A stretch of DNA of 35,327 nucleotides. Source: a candidate division WOR-3 bacterium (lineage in GTDB: Bacteria; Hydrothermota; Tepidihabitantia; SM23-42; JAOAFX01). The DNA lies in the NCBI GenBank assembly GCA_039802265.1, contig JBDRWI010000020.1, positions 1 through 35,327 on the forward strand, read 5' to 3'. The notes below the pieces were generated by a model. That model worked only from the letters and a program-made list of their open reading frames with translations, was not told the DNA's origin and searched no databases. Within the stretch, counting starts at the first letter, position 1. The number at the start of each line of letters is the position of its first letter. The translations under genes and the position numbers were made by a program. This document shows positions 34,732 through 35,327 of this stretch, in pieces.

Positions 34732-35327
34732 TTATAAAAACTTTATTATCCGTGCAAATTCTTCGGGTTTTAGACTTGCGCCACCCACCAGGACACCGTC
34801 TATTTCTTTTTCAGCCATTAATGAATCAATATTGCCTGCATTCACACTACCGCCATAAAGGATCGTAACCTGCTTTTTGAATTGGTTGCGGATGAATCTA
34901 TGGACTTCGCTCGCCTGCTTTGGTGTTGCGGTCTTTCCGGTCCCTATTGCCCAGACCGGCTCATAGGCAAAGATAATCTTGTGGACCTCGGATTCTATGT
35001 CCTTTAATCCCTCTTTTAGTTGATGCAAAATAACTTCTTCAGTCCTGCCCTGTTCCCGTTCCTTCTCGGTCTCCCCGATACAAAATATAGAAATCAATCC
35101 AATCTCTAATGCGGTCTTCAACTTTTTGTTTATCATTTCATCAGTTTCGCCCATAATATGACGCCTTTCTGAATGTCCGATTATAACATATGCGCACCCC
35201 AATGATTTCAAGAATAATCCAGAGATCTCACCTGTGAATGCACCACTCCTTTCCCAGTGCATATTCTGGGCACCGAGTTTGAATCGTGAATTTTTGATGA
35301 TTTCTGCGACCGCAGGGAGAGATGTAA
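34732..35327 (-). CDS. tpiA: Triosephosphate isomerase (5' part beyond window)
   Basis: Frame open to the window edge: LGAQNMHW, GAFTGEIS, IGHSERR, AYEPVWAIGTG, YGGSV, DGVLVGGASL. Confidence 0.97.
   Translation of the reverse strand, partial: TSLPAVAEIIKNSRFKLGAQNMHWERSGAFTGEISGLFLKSLGCAYVIIGHSERRHIMGETDEMINKKLKTALEIGLISIFCIGETEKEREQGRTEEVILHQLKEGLKDIESEVHKIIFAYEPVWAIGTGKTATPKQASEVHRFIRNQFKKQVTILYGGSVNAGNIDSLMAEKEIDGVLVGGASLKPEEFARIIKFL

Noticed and set aside
34598..34858. 86-aa ORF convergent with and overlapping tpiA
   Set aside because: It starts inside the repeat and overlaps the tpiA antisense strand; no coding signal.

Overview
AT-rich bacterial chromosomal segment. The secreted proteins with T9SS/FlgD-type C-terminal domains, the PKD lipoprotein and hdrBC suggest an anaerobic FCB-related lineage such as candidate phylum WOR-3 (inference only). 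Left to right: the 3' end and right terminus of a probable IS element; a secreted Kelch/CARDB protein; a NikR-controlled nickel ECF uptake operon (OM beta-barrel, nikK/L/M, cbiQ/O-type) with two operator palindromes; a DxxGxDxY-repeat protein; a HAD hydrolase; an ABC-2 exporter; a GH18-SH3-CTD hydrolase with a small upstream partner; thrC-like plus DUF401; a SEC-C protein; a PKD lipoprotein; tRNA-Val(CAC); corA; purN; a HEAT plus HD-GYP pair; a geranylgeranyl-reductase-family flavoprotein; hdrC-hdrB-rpsF-ssb-rpsR-rplI-DUF151; a methyltransferase; a GT2-flippase-ugd-uxs glycan operon; and partial tpiA. The strongest unexplained pattern is regulatory. Of 13 readable sigma70-type promoters, 12 have a 16-bp rather than 17-bp spacer, and 10 place the ATG only 5-8 nt after the -10 box, implying mostly leaderless first genes. 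Other notable items are a 52-bp near-perfect inverted repeat bracketing the 5.2-kb methyltransferase/glycan block, a repeat mini-array with palindromic spacers, a probable ATT start codon, hdrBC coupled to a ribosomal protein operon, and protein motifs shared between neighbouring genes. No CRISPR array, prophage or defence island was seen.
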